Positions 36,973 through 57,371 of a stretch of DNA of 64,000 bases are shown here, piece after piece. The notes beneath the pieces are model-generated. The model was not told the origin of the DNA. It did no database searches and saw nothing but the letters and a program-made list of their open reading frames with translations. Source of the DNA: Balamuthia mandrillaris. Taxonomy: Eukaryota. The stretch is taken from assembly GCA_031835245.2 (NCBI GenBank), contig JAVKOQ020000001.1, positions 558,001 through 622,000 on the forward strand, given 5' to 3'. The position numbers and the translations under genes were made by a program. The stretch's first letter is position 1. Every line of letters begins with the position of its first letter.

Positions 36973-37633
36973 TTATGAACGGAACGGGTTTTGTGGAAGC
37001 AGAGAAGCTGGGTCAAGCTCCAAACCCTGACAAGCCTCTTCGAACGAAGGACCCTCTTCTGTGTCTGAAGAAGAAGAAGAAGAAGAAGAAGAAGAAGAAG
37101 AAGAAGAAGAAGAACAAGAAGAACAAGAAGAAGAAGTAGAACGACTTGGTTGCAGCTTCACTGCAGTTTCGCCTGACTGAGCCGACGTGGAAGAAGAAGC
37201 AGAACGTTGAGAAGAGGTAGGTTGTGTCACATCTGCCAACGCTCTTCAACGAAAGAAGAGAAGAGAGATGAGTCTCTACAAAAAACAAAAGAAACCTGAG
37301 AGGAAAAAAAATCTCTTCTCTGCAACGTACTTTAGAAGCCCTCTGCGCAAGCCAGCTTCGAACCCTAGAGCAGCACCTTCCTTGAAGCCAGCGTTGAAGC
37401 CTTCTTGAAGGATTTCATCAGAGGATTGGCTGATACCTTCACGATAGCCAGTCTAATAGTTCACTTGTCAGGCGGTCACAAACAAAATGCAAACACTCGG
37501 TATAGAGCAAAGCAAAAATACGCACCGTGAGGTGCTCCTGTCGTAGCTTCTTCCACGCCTTGTTTCTCATTTTCTGTTCGTACTCGTCATCCCCCTCCTC
37601 CACTTCCTCCCAAACATCATCATCACTGGCCAT
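36973..37633 (-). CDS. Yae1/Lto1-like deca-GX3 protein
   Basis: MASDDDVW..WKKLRQEHLT|TGYREGISQSSDEILQEGFNAGFKEGAALGFEAGLRRG. Confidence 0.75.
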
Positions 37634-37991
37634 CTTTTGTGTGTATGCAAGTATGTGCGTGATAACTTCCCTTCAGCGTTGGTTCTTCTGTTCTGTAGCT
37701 CCAAAAGACTGGACTGCAGTCTCGTCCGAGTCCTCTCTTCTCTTCCCTTTCTTTTTTTCTTTGAAACCCCATCCAATCGTAAATCAAACACACGTTAGAT
37801 CACCTTTCTTGCCGACAACAGATCGAATGCTGGTTGTGCAGCACTTCTCCAATATTTCATCCGCTTTTCTTGTCGCTTGGTAAAAAAACGAAAAAAGGGA
37901 AAAGTGAAAGAGAGAGAGCAAAGCAAAGTAGTGCTGCTGCTGCCTGCTTGAAGCCCCCCACCCTCACGAGAAAGAACACCACCAGTCAATC

Positions 37992-38441
37992 ATGTCTTCT
38001 GCTTCGTCTTCATCTTCTTCCGCCACTGCCACCACTCGGACCACAGGCAGCAGCGGCAGCTCCTCCTTCACCAGCCGCATCCCCGACTTCAACGAGCTCA
38101 ACGACCTCTGGCGCAACTCTGGGGATCCAGAGGCCAGACAGAGCCTGCTACGCAAGTACCTGCCCTGGATAGCTGGTGCAGCCGCCTTGTTTGGCACGCT
38201 CTTTGCCCTCTGGCCCTTTGGCGCCCTCCTCTGCGCCCTGGACCTCTGCATAGCCGGCAACACCTACGGCTCGGGCTTCTCCATGGCCCTGCTGCTGGTG
38301 CTCTTCGTGGCGGTGACGGTGGCCCTCATGCTGTCCGCCTTCTATGCGGCAAGGTGGCTGCGTGCTCGCTTGGCGGCCTCCTCCACCGAGGCCCATCTGG
38401 TGGACGCCCCTGACGATGATGATGGCATTATTCGCTTGTAA
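37992..38441 (+). CDS. Small membrane protein, unknown function
   Basis: 149-aa single-exon ORF with GC-rich codons and 2-3 hydrophobic segments. Confidence 0.7.
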   Translation: MSSASSSSSSATATTRTTGSSGSSSFTSRIPDFNELNDLWRNSGDPEARQSLLRKYLPWIAGAAALFGTLFALWPFGALLCALDLCIAGNTYGSGFSMALLLVLFVAVTVALMLSAFYAARWLRARLAASSTEAHLVDAPDDDDGIIRL

Positions 38442-38593
38442 TAACATAACCTAACCCCTTTTACTTACAGCTTCTAAGGCTTTGTTAGGTTTCGTGAAAG
38501 GTCTTTAAAAGGCCACCTAAAGCACAACGAGCTTTGCTCGTGCAAGTAGACTCGTTTGCGCGTGGGAGAAGGAAAGGAACAAAGAGAAGACGC

Positions 38594-38639
<46 letters not shown>

Positions 38640-38669
38640 TGGCAAGAAGGAAAAAGAAACATGGGTTTC

Positions 38670-39569
38670 CTAAAAGGAATTGGTTCTATTGATGAGCCTA
38701 AGGAACTCTTGCCGAGTCTTTTCGTCATCCCTGAACACACCGACCATGGAGCTGGTGATAGTGTTGGAACCTGGCTTTTGTGCTCCTCTCATCACCATGC
38801 ACATATGCCTGTATATCATTGGGTTTTTGTTGTTGTTTTCAGCAACCGTTTCAACACAGAAAGAAGTAAGAAAAGAACGAGTGGAAACCACAAAGAAGTG
38901 ACGAGAAAGAAAGACATGCCAAGAAGAAGAAGAAAGAAGAAGCAAGAAGCAGAACAAGAAGAAGAGAGAACGTACGTGGCTTCCACAACTACAGCAACAC
39001 CAGTGGGCTGAATGGCCTCCATGACCGCCTCTGCTATCTGCTTGGTCATACGCTCCTGAATTTGCAGCCGTCGAGCGTACATCTCCGCGATACGGGCCAG
39101 CTTGCTGAGGCCCAACACCTTCTTGTTGGGAATGTACCCAATGTGGATCTTCCCGTAGAACGGGAGGATGTGGTGCTCACACAGTGAGAATATGTCAATA
39201 TCCCTCACGATGACCATGTTATCATTGTCCGTCTCAAAAATGGCATCATTCACACAATCTTTTTTTGTGTGTAAAATCGAGTAGCAAAAAAAATAATAAT
39301 CAGCAAAGCAGATTCGAAAAAAGGTTGGTGAGGCAGCGTGCACCTTCCAAAGATTGAGAGTAGCCTCTGGTGAAAAACTGTAGGGCAGTGGCGAGGCGTT
39401 GGGGCGTTTTCTTGAGGCCCTCTCTCTCCGGATCTTCTCCGAGCCCCTCCAGCAAGACCTTCACCGCATCACACATCCGCTCGTGCGTCTCCTTGGTGAG
39501 CGTTCTGTCGTGCCCGTTGGGCAGGCTGGAGGCCATCAGGTTCTCCGTCATCTCCGTTGGGTCCGTCAT
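38670..39569 (-). CDS. GCH1: GTP cyclohydrolase I
   Basis: [42 protein letters not shown]. Confidence 0.96.
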
Positions 39570-39731
39570 TCTTTTTTGTGTTTTTTTTTCCCTTTGTGCG
39601 TCGTTCTTTTTTCTGCTTCGTCTCTGTTGACAGTCTTGACTCTCTCTCTCTCTCTCTCTCTCTCCTTTCTCTTTGGTTTTTTTTCCGTTGTTTTTGTTTT
39701 CTTTTTCTTTTTCTTTTTCGTTTCTTTTTTT

Positions 39732-39928
39732 AAGGTGTGAAGATGACGTCACAATCGGGGAATTATGAAATTTCTTGGGGGGGGGTGTACGCCCGGTTCG
39801 ACTCTCACTGTCTTCGAATTTGTTTTTTTTTGAGGTGCGAAGTTGACGTCACAAATGGGGCATTATGAAATTTCTTGTGGGGAAATGGAGCCTTTGCCCC
39901 CGGTTCGACTCTCGCTGTCTTCGGATTT
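39732..39928. repeat. Two ~100-bp direct repeats, each with TGACGTCA and GGTTCGACTC
   Basis: TGACGTCA at 39744 and 39844; ATTATGAAATTTCTTG in both copies; GGTTCGACTCTC at 39795 and 39902. Confidence 0.85.
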
Positions 39929-39948
39929 CTTTATACATTTTTTTATTG

Positions 39949-40487
39949 TTATTCTTCTTCGCTGCTTGCGTGGAGGATATTCCACATGAGAGCAAACATG
40001 AGAACGGCCACCACCTTCCAAAGGTAGCGGTTGCGATAGAGCATGTTGTAGACGTGATGCACGATCACCACGTGGAGGTAGAACGACAATGTAAGTAGGA
40101 TAGAGAGGAACAATGCAAGCCCTGTCTTGATGAGCCATTGCATCATGGGAGGAATCTCAACGGTCGTATGGCCTGGTGCTCCTTTATCTTCTCAAAGCAA
40201 GCAGAGAGAGAGAGAGAGAGAGAGAGAGAGGTTTAGAGGAAAGAGAGCCGCGAACAAAACAGAGAACATAGAAGCAATTTAAAAAACCGAGAGAAGAGAA
40301 AGAGGGATAGAGCAAAAGAAAGATGGATACGAACGAGTGTTCCCAGGTCCTTGAGTACTTTGCCATCCACGCCCAGTGCTCCAATAAAAGAACTGATACC
40401 TGCTCTGCACGGCATCATACCAACTCCGCTTCTCTTCATCTTTCAGCGTTTCAAATGCTTTTTTTAAATAAAGTTAGTTTGCCTTTG

Positions 40488-40532
<45 letters not shown>

Positions 40533-40821
40533 CTCAGAATAGAGAGATACCTTCTAAAATCCGTACATATTTACGCCGTAGCATCTCCTGCTCCTCTTCG
40601 GGAAGACTCAAAAGTTTGTCCGGGTGGAACTTGAGGGAGAGGTCCCGGAAGGCCTTTCTTATCTCCGCGGTGGTGGCCTTTGGGTGAACGCCGAGAACAT
40701 CGTAGTGAGTCGGGTCGCTGTTCCCAAACAAGTTGGCCTCGCCAAGAGAGAGCAGGGCCAACGTGAGCACCACCACCAGCACCCCGCCATACCCCGATCG
40801 ACAGGAATAACCACGAGACAT
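39949..40821 (-). CDS. DnaJ-domain secretory/membrane protein
   Basis: Signal peptide; [24 protein letters not shown]-terminal TM segments. Confidence 0.88.
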
Positions 40822-41165
40822 CTATGAAAGGTGATCGTACGATAAGCGTTCGTCGTCGAAAGAGAGAAGAGGGAAGGAAGGAGTGGTGAAAGGGGAGAGA
40901 GCTGAGAAGGTCTCACTAGAGAAGAAGAAGAAGAAGAAGAAGAAGAAGAAGAAGAAGAAGAACAAGAAGAAGAAGAAGAAGAAGAAGAAGAAAGGAAGCG
41001 GCCTACTGCTGCTGCCGTTACAAAGATGAAAGTCTAAAGTTTTCCCTTTTATTTCTGTTTGCTTTTGCCGCACACGTGCTGCAGCATTGGTGGACAAGTG
41101 GAGCACACCGGAAATTAATTTTCACGTCGTCCCGAAATGAGCACCTTTGTTTTGTTTGCGATAAG

Positions 41166-42100
41166 ATGAATCCGCAACGGAGGAGGGCTCGTTTGTTGTT
41201 GCTTCATTGTCTGCCTTCTCCTTCTTCTTCTTCTCCTGCTGCTTGTTCTTTTTATGCTACAAACGTCGCATGTGCCTCTCTTCTCAACCCATGGTCCCGG
41301 AGGGGAGGTAGCCGCCCAATCCTTGCTCTCACCCCTCGGCAGCGAGTGAAACAACCACCGAGTGGGTTCCCTCCTTCTTGCCGTCCCACCCGTTCCTCCA
41401 CTTTCTTCTCTCGCACTTCTTCTTACAGCACTTCTGCTGGCACCACCCTCACCGGGAACCTCTCGGTTGGCGATGAGGATCCTCAGCCTCCTCCCAACGA
41501 GGCGAGTGAAGCAACCAACACAACGACAACGACCGCATGGAAGGAGACGCAACGTAAGATACAGGCTTGCTTGGAGGAGCGAAAAGCGGCGAGAGAGGCT
41601 CAGTACGATGTGCAGCCGGTTTACTACTTTGACCGGCGGTTGAACGCCAGGCACGTGGAGCCCTACTACTTCTGCTACCACACCACCGTGAAGGCCAGCT
41701 GGCAAGGTCTCACCTTGCGGCAAGTCATCAATACCTTTGTCCATCACAACAACGACTACTTTGTACGCCTCTCTCTCTCTCTCTCTTCCCGTTCTCTTCT
41801 ACTCTCTTCTCTCTCTCGTTCTATCGTTCTCTCTTCTCATGTCATATTTCAAAGGAATGGGCTGTGGAGAACGGGAAGATAACTTTGAATGGAGAGAGAA
41901 CAGAACCGGATGCAGTGTTGCGCAATGGCTATATTATTCAGCACCAAACGCATGTGCATGAAGCTCCTGTCACTGCAGAACCCATTGAAATTCTCCCAGA
42001 TACAGACGAAGAGGTGTTGGCGGTTAACAAACCACCTGGCATTCCGGTAGGATACACAATACCCTCTACCTCTCTCTTTCATTCTCTCTCTCTTTCTCTC

Positions 42101-42136
<36 letters not shown>

Positions 42137-43392
42137 CTCTCTCTCCCCCCTTCTCTTTTCTCTATTATGTGTTTTTATGCATTTACTCATTGAATTGATT
42201 CTTCTGCATGTTTGACTTTCATTCGCAAAAGGTTCATCCAGTGGCGCGGTATCGGTTCAACAGCGTTCAACACGTGTTGGCCTTTGAACATGGGCTTTTT
42301 CCTCTCTATGGTATTTACATATACTCTCGCTCTCTTCAAATATTATAATTTATTATATTTTTTCTTAAAGTTTAAAAGCAAATAACCATTTGAAGGCTTT
42401 CATAGGCTTGACTTGCCAACTTCGGGAATACTGTTGTTTGCTCGGACACTTGATACTGCCCAGACACTCGCCAATGACGTTCGAGAGCGCCAACTCGAAA
42501 AAGTGTATTATGCTAGGGTTGCTGGCAACTTTCCTGAGTTTGTTTCCAAAACCCTGCTTCTCCGTCTTATATTCATGATCTTATTTTTCTTCTACAATAG
42601 AGGAGAAAAGGAAGTTTCAAGTCCACTTTACGTAGAACCACGATTGGGAGCTTCTGTTGTGGATGAAACGCTTGGACGAACCAGTAAAACCATATTTCAT
42701 AAAGAGGCTTATGATCCTCGATCCAACACAAGTTTGGTTCGATGCGTGCCTGTCACTGGTATTCTTCTTCTTCTTCTTCTTCTTCTTCTTCTTCTTCTTC
42801 TTCTGCTTCCTCCTTCGTTCTTCTCTCTTCTTCTTACGCTAAGTGTTTAACGGCTAATTTAACAGGACGACCACACCAGATACGAGTTCATTTGCAATGG
42901 TTAGGACATCCCATTCCAAACGACTTTCTATACGGAGAGAATGGCTCATTCGACGAGGCCTTCTTGCAACGCCGCAAACAAGTCTACAAGGACATGGCTG
43001 CTCTACCCAAAGAAGATGATGACAGGTGTAACCAAAAGCACAAGACCAAGCACAAGTACCACAACCAGCACAATCACATCAAGAACCCAATCTTTCAGGA
43101 CTGGTTAGCTTCGGAACGCCGAAGAATGGAAGAACGGAAGCAAGAAAGAATACGAGAAACAGCAGCTCATATTGCGTCAATACGAGCAAAAGAAGAAGTA
43201 ATAGCAAGTGAAGAAGCAGCAAAGGAGGAACATGCTCATTGGTTCGATCCATATTGTCCGGAGTGTGTGCGAGAAAAGAAGCATGGGAAGGACCAACGGC
43301 TCAACAGCATGCTTTGGCTGCATGCCTATTCCTATCAGCTCCGAAACAAGACTTACACAGCACCACTCCCTCCTTGGGCTCTTCACATATGA
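41166..43392 (+). CDS. RluA-family pseudouridine synthase (RPUSD2/Pus9-like), possibly organellar
   Basis: RHVEPYYF; HVHEAPV; VNKPPGIPVHP; HRLDLPTSG; TGRPHQIRVHLQWLGHPIPND; LWLHA. Confidence 0.92.
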
Positions 43393-43886
43393 ACTCACTT
43401 CCGTTAGATGAAGAACATAATTGCCAACTTCTTTTTCTATCTCGCATTGTCTCTTCTCCCTTCTTTCGTTCTTTGGTTTATTCGTTGTCTCAGATACAAA
43501 TAAGGACTTGGTAGAATCCAACCCTTACTTACCCCAGTTCTAAAGGAACAGCATGGGAAAAGTTCCCCTACTCTCTATTCTCGCTCGCTCTTTAGTTATC
43601 ATGACGCGCACAAACAGGTGTTCTTCATTTGCTACAAATATTATTCTCCAATTCTTCTCGATACAAAACTGAGGGCTCCACTTCGTTCCGCCACCATAAC
43701 GTCTTCACTGAGCGGCGGAGCAGCTGCCTTAGTGTGTCGTTGGTGGCGCTGCAACATGAGTGCCTTTGTCGCGAAAAGAGTTTCGTTGGAGCAACAACTC
43801 CGCGCAAGTCGTCGCAGAGAAGCAATCGTTAGTTAACCTTTGCCTAGGTGTTTCCTTGTTGGGGTTGTTTTGTTGCGGGTTGGTGC

Positions 43887-44285
43887 TCAGGAGGGGAGTT
43901 GGTTCGTTTTAACCCGAATTCCTTCTTCCTTGGCTTTGACAAAGCTGCTGAGGGGCCGGTAGACAAACGTGTCCTGGAAGAAGTCAACCGTGACCTCGAA
44001 GAAGTTGCAAGTGGCCGACTGGGGCATTGACGAGAGGTTCTTGCTCTTCACGCGGCACTCGCACTGCAAGCCAGGGTCGTACCAGTGCAGCTGCCCTCTC
44101 TCTCGGAGTTGCTCGAGCTTCTCCTGGTTGCTGGCAAACGAGGTGAAGAAAGGGGAAAAGGCAAAGTCGAACCCCGTGTGAGAGGCTTGCTGGGCGGGGT
44201 GGCATGCGCTCATGCTGGTGGATCGTACGGTATGTTGTGTTGTTAGATTTGAGGGTTTGGGCAAGGTTGGCGGAAACGGCACCAT
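43887..44285 (-). CDS. Hypothetical 132-aa ORF
   Basis: ATG-initiated ORF with GC-rich coding-like composition; no recognised domain. Confidence 0.35.
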   Translation of the reverse strand: MVPFPPTLPKPSNLTTQHTVRSTSMSACHPAQQASHTGFDFAFSPFFTSFASNQEKLEQLRERGQLHWYDPGLQCECRVKSKNLSSMPQSATCNFFEVTVDFFQDTFVYRPLSSFVKAKEEGIRVKTNQLPS

Positions 44286-44381
44286 TTTAAAAGGGCGAAA
44301 AAAAGTGATCAGTTGAATGGAACGACCTGAAGACGTCCCGCTCCATAAAAAGAAAAACGTTACCCGACTTGGATAAAGAAT

Positions 44382-44611
44382 GAATACTGAGTGAAAACTC
44401 AGTAACTGCCCAATAGAATCGTTCGGTTGCGCGGGGTGCAGGTTCGATCCTCACCTGTGAGTTGCAAGCTGGAAACCATTCCGGTGCAGAGCAGCGGTTC
44501 GGCTTGGCCCCCGAGCTGGGTGGGGCTGGTTACAGTTCTTTTCTATCACACCACAGATAGTGTAACGCCATTCTTTTCGACCTGTTTGTGATCGTGATAA
44601 CTGAACTTTTT
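44382..44611 (+). ncRNA. Structured non-coding RNA candidate (Pol III-like)
   Basis: GAAA-tetraloop hairpin 44385-44404, B-box GGTTCGATCC 44441-44450, several nested stems, T-run at 44607-44611. Confidence 0.5.
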
Positions 44612-44918
44612 GGTCACCAGGAAAACTACTAATAGACTAGAGTTTGCAAGGCGAATACAACAACAAACATGGAAGGATTGATGACCTTCCTGGCCTCACG
44701 CTTTCAGAGAACGTCTTGCTTGCTCATTTGGCCAAAATTATGAACCGGAGTATTTTTCTTTATTTGACACCTTTCCAATGGGTACAATGAAAAATTATCC
44801 AAAAAAATTTGGTTCTCACTCCCACCAAAAATTTACTACCCATTTTTGGACGATTTTCCCATCTCATACCCCCTTGCCATTGGGAAATTGTCATTTTCTG
44901 TTTTATGTTTTTATGTGG

Positions 44919-53369
<8,451 letters not shown>

Positions 53370-54054
53370 TTGCTTTAGATCACGCACACCCAGTGTCAAA
53401 ACGGAGCTTCTGTTTTTTTTTTTTATTTTGTTCGGACATTCGAAGGTCCGATTGAGTGTGAGTGAGCGAAAGCCAGATGACAGTGAGACAAACAACACCA
53501 CGATGGAACAAAAGAAGGCAAAGCCATACCAAAGAGAAAACCAAAAAAAAAAGATAGAGGGGGCCGAGCGGGACGGAGGAAGAGGAGTGAGGCACGGAAG
53601 AGGGTCTTTTTTTAAAAAAAAATGACAAAATGGCCACCAGCACCACCACCTTTCTCCTTCCAACAAAGAACGCAAATGAAAAAAAAAAAAACAAACTTGT
53701 CACTCCCCCATCGTACGTTGCAACACGTCAGCCCGGAGCGAAGGGGCGAAAATTCGTCGACGAAACTACCTTAAAAAGAAAAATTGAATCAGCTGCATTG
53801 TGTGGAGGCTGACGTCAGATAGTTTGAAAAAGAGGTGCTTATGTCATGTTTTACCTGTTTAAGATACATTACTTGAGGGTTCGTTCCTCCTTTCTTCCCC
53901 GTTCTGAAATTTTTTTTTTTCCGTCATTCTTTCTTTTCTTTTTTTTCTTTTTTTTCCTCTCTTTCTTTTGTCTTCAGCCCCACAAAGCTCAGCGGTGTCT
54001 ACGTGGTGACTTCCCCAAGCCTTCTCCTTACAAAAAAAAAAAGTTTAATCAACA

Positions 54055-54758
54055 ATGAAGATCTACAAGGATATCTTCTCTGGTATGTGGTATTCACGCT
54101 ATTTTTTTTCCAAAGTACGCGGCGATTAACGCTTACCTTTTTTTTTTTGCAATTAGAGGATGAGCTCAGCTCTGACTCCTTCCCCCTGACCCTGGAGGAT
54201 GACGTGGTCTACAAGATTGAGACCAAGGTTAGCCCTATTTTTTTTTTCTGATTTTTTTGCCAAGTAAGGAACTCACTCATTTTTTAAAAAAAAAAACGTG
54301 AACAGTTGATCACGAAGACCGAGGACGGCTATGACATGGCTGGAGACGGCGCTGGGGAGGAAACCTACGACTCCACCTCCACCACCGTCAACAACTTGGT
54401 TGACGCCCACAGACTGGTTGAGACCAGCTTCACCAAGGCTTCTTACATGACCTACATCAAGGGCTACATGAGGAAGCTCAAGACCCACCTCGAGCAGAAC
54501 GCCCCCGACCGTGTGCAGCCGTTCATGAAGGGTGCCCAAGAGTTCATCAAGAAGGTTGTTGGCGACTTCAGCGAGTATCAATTGTACGTCCTCTCTCTCC
54601 TTCTCTCTACGTACATGTTGTTAACAAAATCATATTATAGCTTCACTGGAGAGTCCATGAACCCTGACGGTATGGTTGTTCTCATGCGCTATTCTGAGGA
54701 TGGTCAGACCCCCTTCGTCTACATCTTCAAGGATGGTTGCCGTGAAGAGAAGTATTGA
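54055..54758 (+). CDS. TCTP: Translationally controlled tumor protein
   Basis: MKIYKDIFS|EDELSSDSF; FTKASYMTYIKGYM; FTGESMNPDGMV; FKDGCREEKY*. Confidence 0.96.
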
Positions 54759-54890
54759 ACAAACAACGCTATTTTTCCCTTTTAAAACGTTATTTTGTCT
54801 TTCATGAGAGATTTTGCAAGAGACGTGAGAGAGAGCTTGATCAAGGAACGGTTTAAAACAAGTGGGCGTTGGTATTTACTAGGAAAGAAC

Positions 54891-55494
54891 TCAGTCCGCC
54901 TTTGCTGGCTTCCTCCTTCCCGAAGCGGTCCTGCGTCCACCAACGTCCTCCTCCGCACACCGTCCCTTCCTGCTGCAGGCAGAGCCCCACAACAGGAGCA
55001 ACCCGCCGAGCATGCTGGTGTTCTTCAGGAAGTGGACCATGTGCATGCTCTGCTCCTGCGAACCTTCCGGCAGGCGCCAAAAGGCGTGCATCACTAACGT
55101 AACGGGCAGCAAAAAGAGCACCAAGAGCAGGCAGCCCAACTTGCGGAGGTGGGGCAGAAACACCCCCACCACCAGGAGCAGGCTGCCCAGCAGCTGCAGG
55201 GCGGTGGCGCCCCAGAAGAGGGCGGGAGCCAGCGAGGAAGGAACTCCGTAGGGAGCCAAGTGAGCGGCCGTCTCCGCTTGGAGCTTTTCTTGCTGCGCAA
55301 AGTGACCTACAACGGGAAAAAAAAAAAAAACGAAGGAGGAGCATAAGCCACGGTTAGAGATGGACGCGCACCGGAATACGCCTCCGATCAGTCGGAGCGG
55401 CAAGGTGCACGAACGTACCTAACCCACCCAGCAAAAAGACTCCCACAAAAAGGGCGGTGCCCACCAACTGAAACGCCTTTCCTCCTCCTCCCAT
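54891..55494 (-). CDS. DoxX/SURF4-like membrane protein
   Basis: Two exons; LQLLGSLLLVVG, TLVMHAFW, HFLKNTSMLGGLLLL. Confidence 0.85.
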
Positions 55495-55739
55495 CTCTCC
55501 TTGTGCTGCTGGCCAACAAATGATACACAACCACCACCACCAAAAAAACGGCGGCAGCGGAAATTCTCCGAGGTTGACCCTCAAGCATGATAGGTGCCCT
55601 TTCGCGAAACAGCTGCAACCAAGGTGACGCCTGATATAGACGCCTGTCCTCCTTTCTTTTCCAGGTTCTCTCTCTTCGGCCGCACCGAACGAACCCTGTT
55701 CGTCTGCCAAAAAAACAAAAACAGGGGATTTAACTCTGG

Positions 55740-57371
55740 ATGACCAAAATGTACGGGCCGCCTCCCCCTCCAAACAGGGAGGTTCCCGTGGGACAGGGGG
55801 AGGACCTTCCTTGGCTGACTCTCAGGGTCGCGCCTCTTCCGCCCGCTCCGTTTGGAGCCTCTGATTCATCAGAGGTAGAGGACTACGACTACTGGAACGA
55901 AGAGGGCTTTGATCAGAGCTATCATGAGAAATACCTCTACGAAGCATCTTCGGACCCTCCCCCTCCCCCACTGCCTCAACGAACTTTCTCACCTCAAAGA
56001 GAACTGGACCTACCACCTCCTCCCATCCCTGATCGAAGCGTACCAAGCCAATCACATCCGCCCGTTTTCCTTCCTCCTCCCCCAATTCCACAACGAAACG
56101 AATGGAGCCCAGTGCCGCCCCCGACATCATCTACGTCTCAACGGAATCCGCCGAGCCAACCACCCCTCCCACCTCCCTCTTCTTCCATCCCTCAACGGAA
56201 TCCTCCCAGCCAGCCTCCTCCTCCGCCTCCACCACCTTCCATCCCTCAACGGAACCTTCCCAGTCAACCACCTCCCCCACCTCCAATTTCATCTATCCCT
56301 CAACGAAACCCTCCCAGCCAACCTCCTCCGGCTCTTCCTCCTCCTTCAATCCCTGAACGTAATATGCCAACTCAACCCCCATCTATCCCTCAACGAAATC
56401 CTCCCAGCCAACCTCCTCCCCCTCTCCCTCCCCCCTCCATTCCAGAACGTAACATCCCTGGTCATCCTCCTCCTCCACCACCTGTACGGAATACATCTCC
56501 AACCACTTACCCTCATCCTCTTGCTTACGGAGAAGACCCAGAAGAAGACGAGTTGCCTCCTCCTCCACCCATATTCAACCCCTACGCCAACTTTCGCTCC
56601 AGCCCTTATCAACAAGCGCCTCGAAGACATACCACTGCTGATACTGTCGGTTGGGAGGTGTCGCACAGCGACACGTATCAGCAGGACTGCTGTGGACCAG
56701 GTGGAGCTACCAACTTTATTCCTCCGCCTCCTCCCGAGAATGACCTACCACCACCACAACGGACACAACAACGGCCTTGGCGTCACACAGAACCGCCTCT
56801 CCGTTTTGTTGACCCTCTGGGTCTTGGACTGGAGAAGCCGCTTCCTCCTCCTCCATTGGCTTCTATCTACGTCTCCAATCAACATTCCTTTCTTCCACCT
56901 TCTCTTCCTGATGAAGCTCCCATCGACCGCTTCTCTTCCCTGAGGTCCGACTCTGGACAGCAACAAAGAACCGCACTGAAACCAGTTTTGTTTTCCTCAA
57001 CGCCAATGCTTTATCCTCCTCTTCCTGATGATGTGAAAAGAAGTCTCGTTGCAAATCGTTCCCCCTCTTTCGCAAACTTGAGAGAGAGCAGCGACGAGCA
57101 AGAAGAATCGGGAAGGTTGGCCAAGTTAGTGCGACGAGCAAGCTTTCGGTCGGTAAAGGATGAAAAGGTGAAGAAAGGGGACAAGAAACAACGGCGGAAG
57201 AAGTCCAAGGAGGAGAAGAAGTGGCGGAAGCAGAAGAAGAAGGCGTTGGATAATACAGACATTGAAGAGCTGATGAGCCTGTGCGAGAGTATGGGCATTA
57301 AGTATGAGAACAGAAAGCAAGCAGTATCCCAACTGACAAACGCACTTGCGTTCATGACTAACGCTTACTGA
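55740..57371 (+). CDS. Proline-rich repeat protein
   Basis: 543-aa intronless ORF with repeated (S)IP(Q/E)RN(P/L)PSQPPP units and a basic C-terminal region. Confidence 0.75.
   Translation: MTKMYGPPPPPNREVPVGQGEDLPWLTLRVAPLPPAPFGASDSSEVEDYDYWNEEGFDQSYHEKYLYEASSDPPPPPLPQRTFSPQRELDLPPPPIPDRSVPSQSHPPVFLPPPPIPQRNEWSPVPPPTSSTSQRNPPSQPPLPPPSSSIPQRNPPSQPPPPPPPPSIPQRNLPSQPPPPPPISSIPQRNPPSQPPPALPPPSIPERNMPTQPPSIPQRNPPSQPPPPLPPPSIPERNIPGHPPPPPPVRNTSPTTYPHPLAYGEDPEEDELPPPPPIFNPYANFRSSPYQQAPRRHTTADTVGWEVSHSDTYQQDCCGPGGATNFIPPPPPENDLPPPQRTQQRPWRHTEPPLRFVDPLGLGLEKPLPPPPLASIYVSNQHSFLPPSLPDEAPIDRFSSLRSDSGQQQRTALKPVLFSSTPMLYPPLPDDVKRSLVANRSPSFANLRESSDEQEESGRLAKLVRRASFRSVKDEKVKKGDKKQRRKKSKEEKKWRKQKKKALDNTDIEELMSLCESMGIKYENRKQAVSQLTNALAFMTNAY
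56100..56500 (+). repeat. Coding minisatellite (~55-60 bp units)
   Basis: Recurrent ATCCCTCAACG(G/A)AA(T/C)C(C/T)TCCCAG(C/T)CA..CCT. Confidence 0.85.

Noticed and set aside
43887..43889. Selenocysteine read-through at the TGA ending the 132-aa ORF
   Set aside because: No redox motif context and no SECIS recognised downstream
44408..44465. tRNA or tRNA-Sec (GGGGTGCAGG..GGTTCGATCC)
   Set aside because: No cloverleaf, anticodon arm or acceptor stem could be built; kept only as part of the unassigned RNA
44461..44497. SRP helix-8-like CAAG..AGCAG motif
   Set aside because: The tetraloop is replaced by a longer insert, flanking pairs mismatch, and no Alu domain was seen
53380..53439. u[22 protein letters not shown] just upstream of CAD (possible attenuator peptide)
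   Set aside because: Its ATG appears to lie inside a probable 5'-UTR intron (GTATGG ~53529 to AAACAG ~53410), and it does not resemble the fungal arginine attenuator peptide
56100..56500. CRISPR-like repeat array
   Set aside because: It is an in-frame proline-coding minisatellite without unique spacers or cas genes
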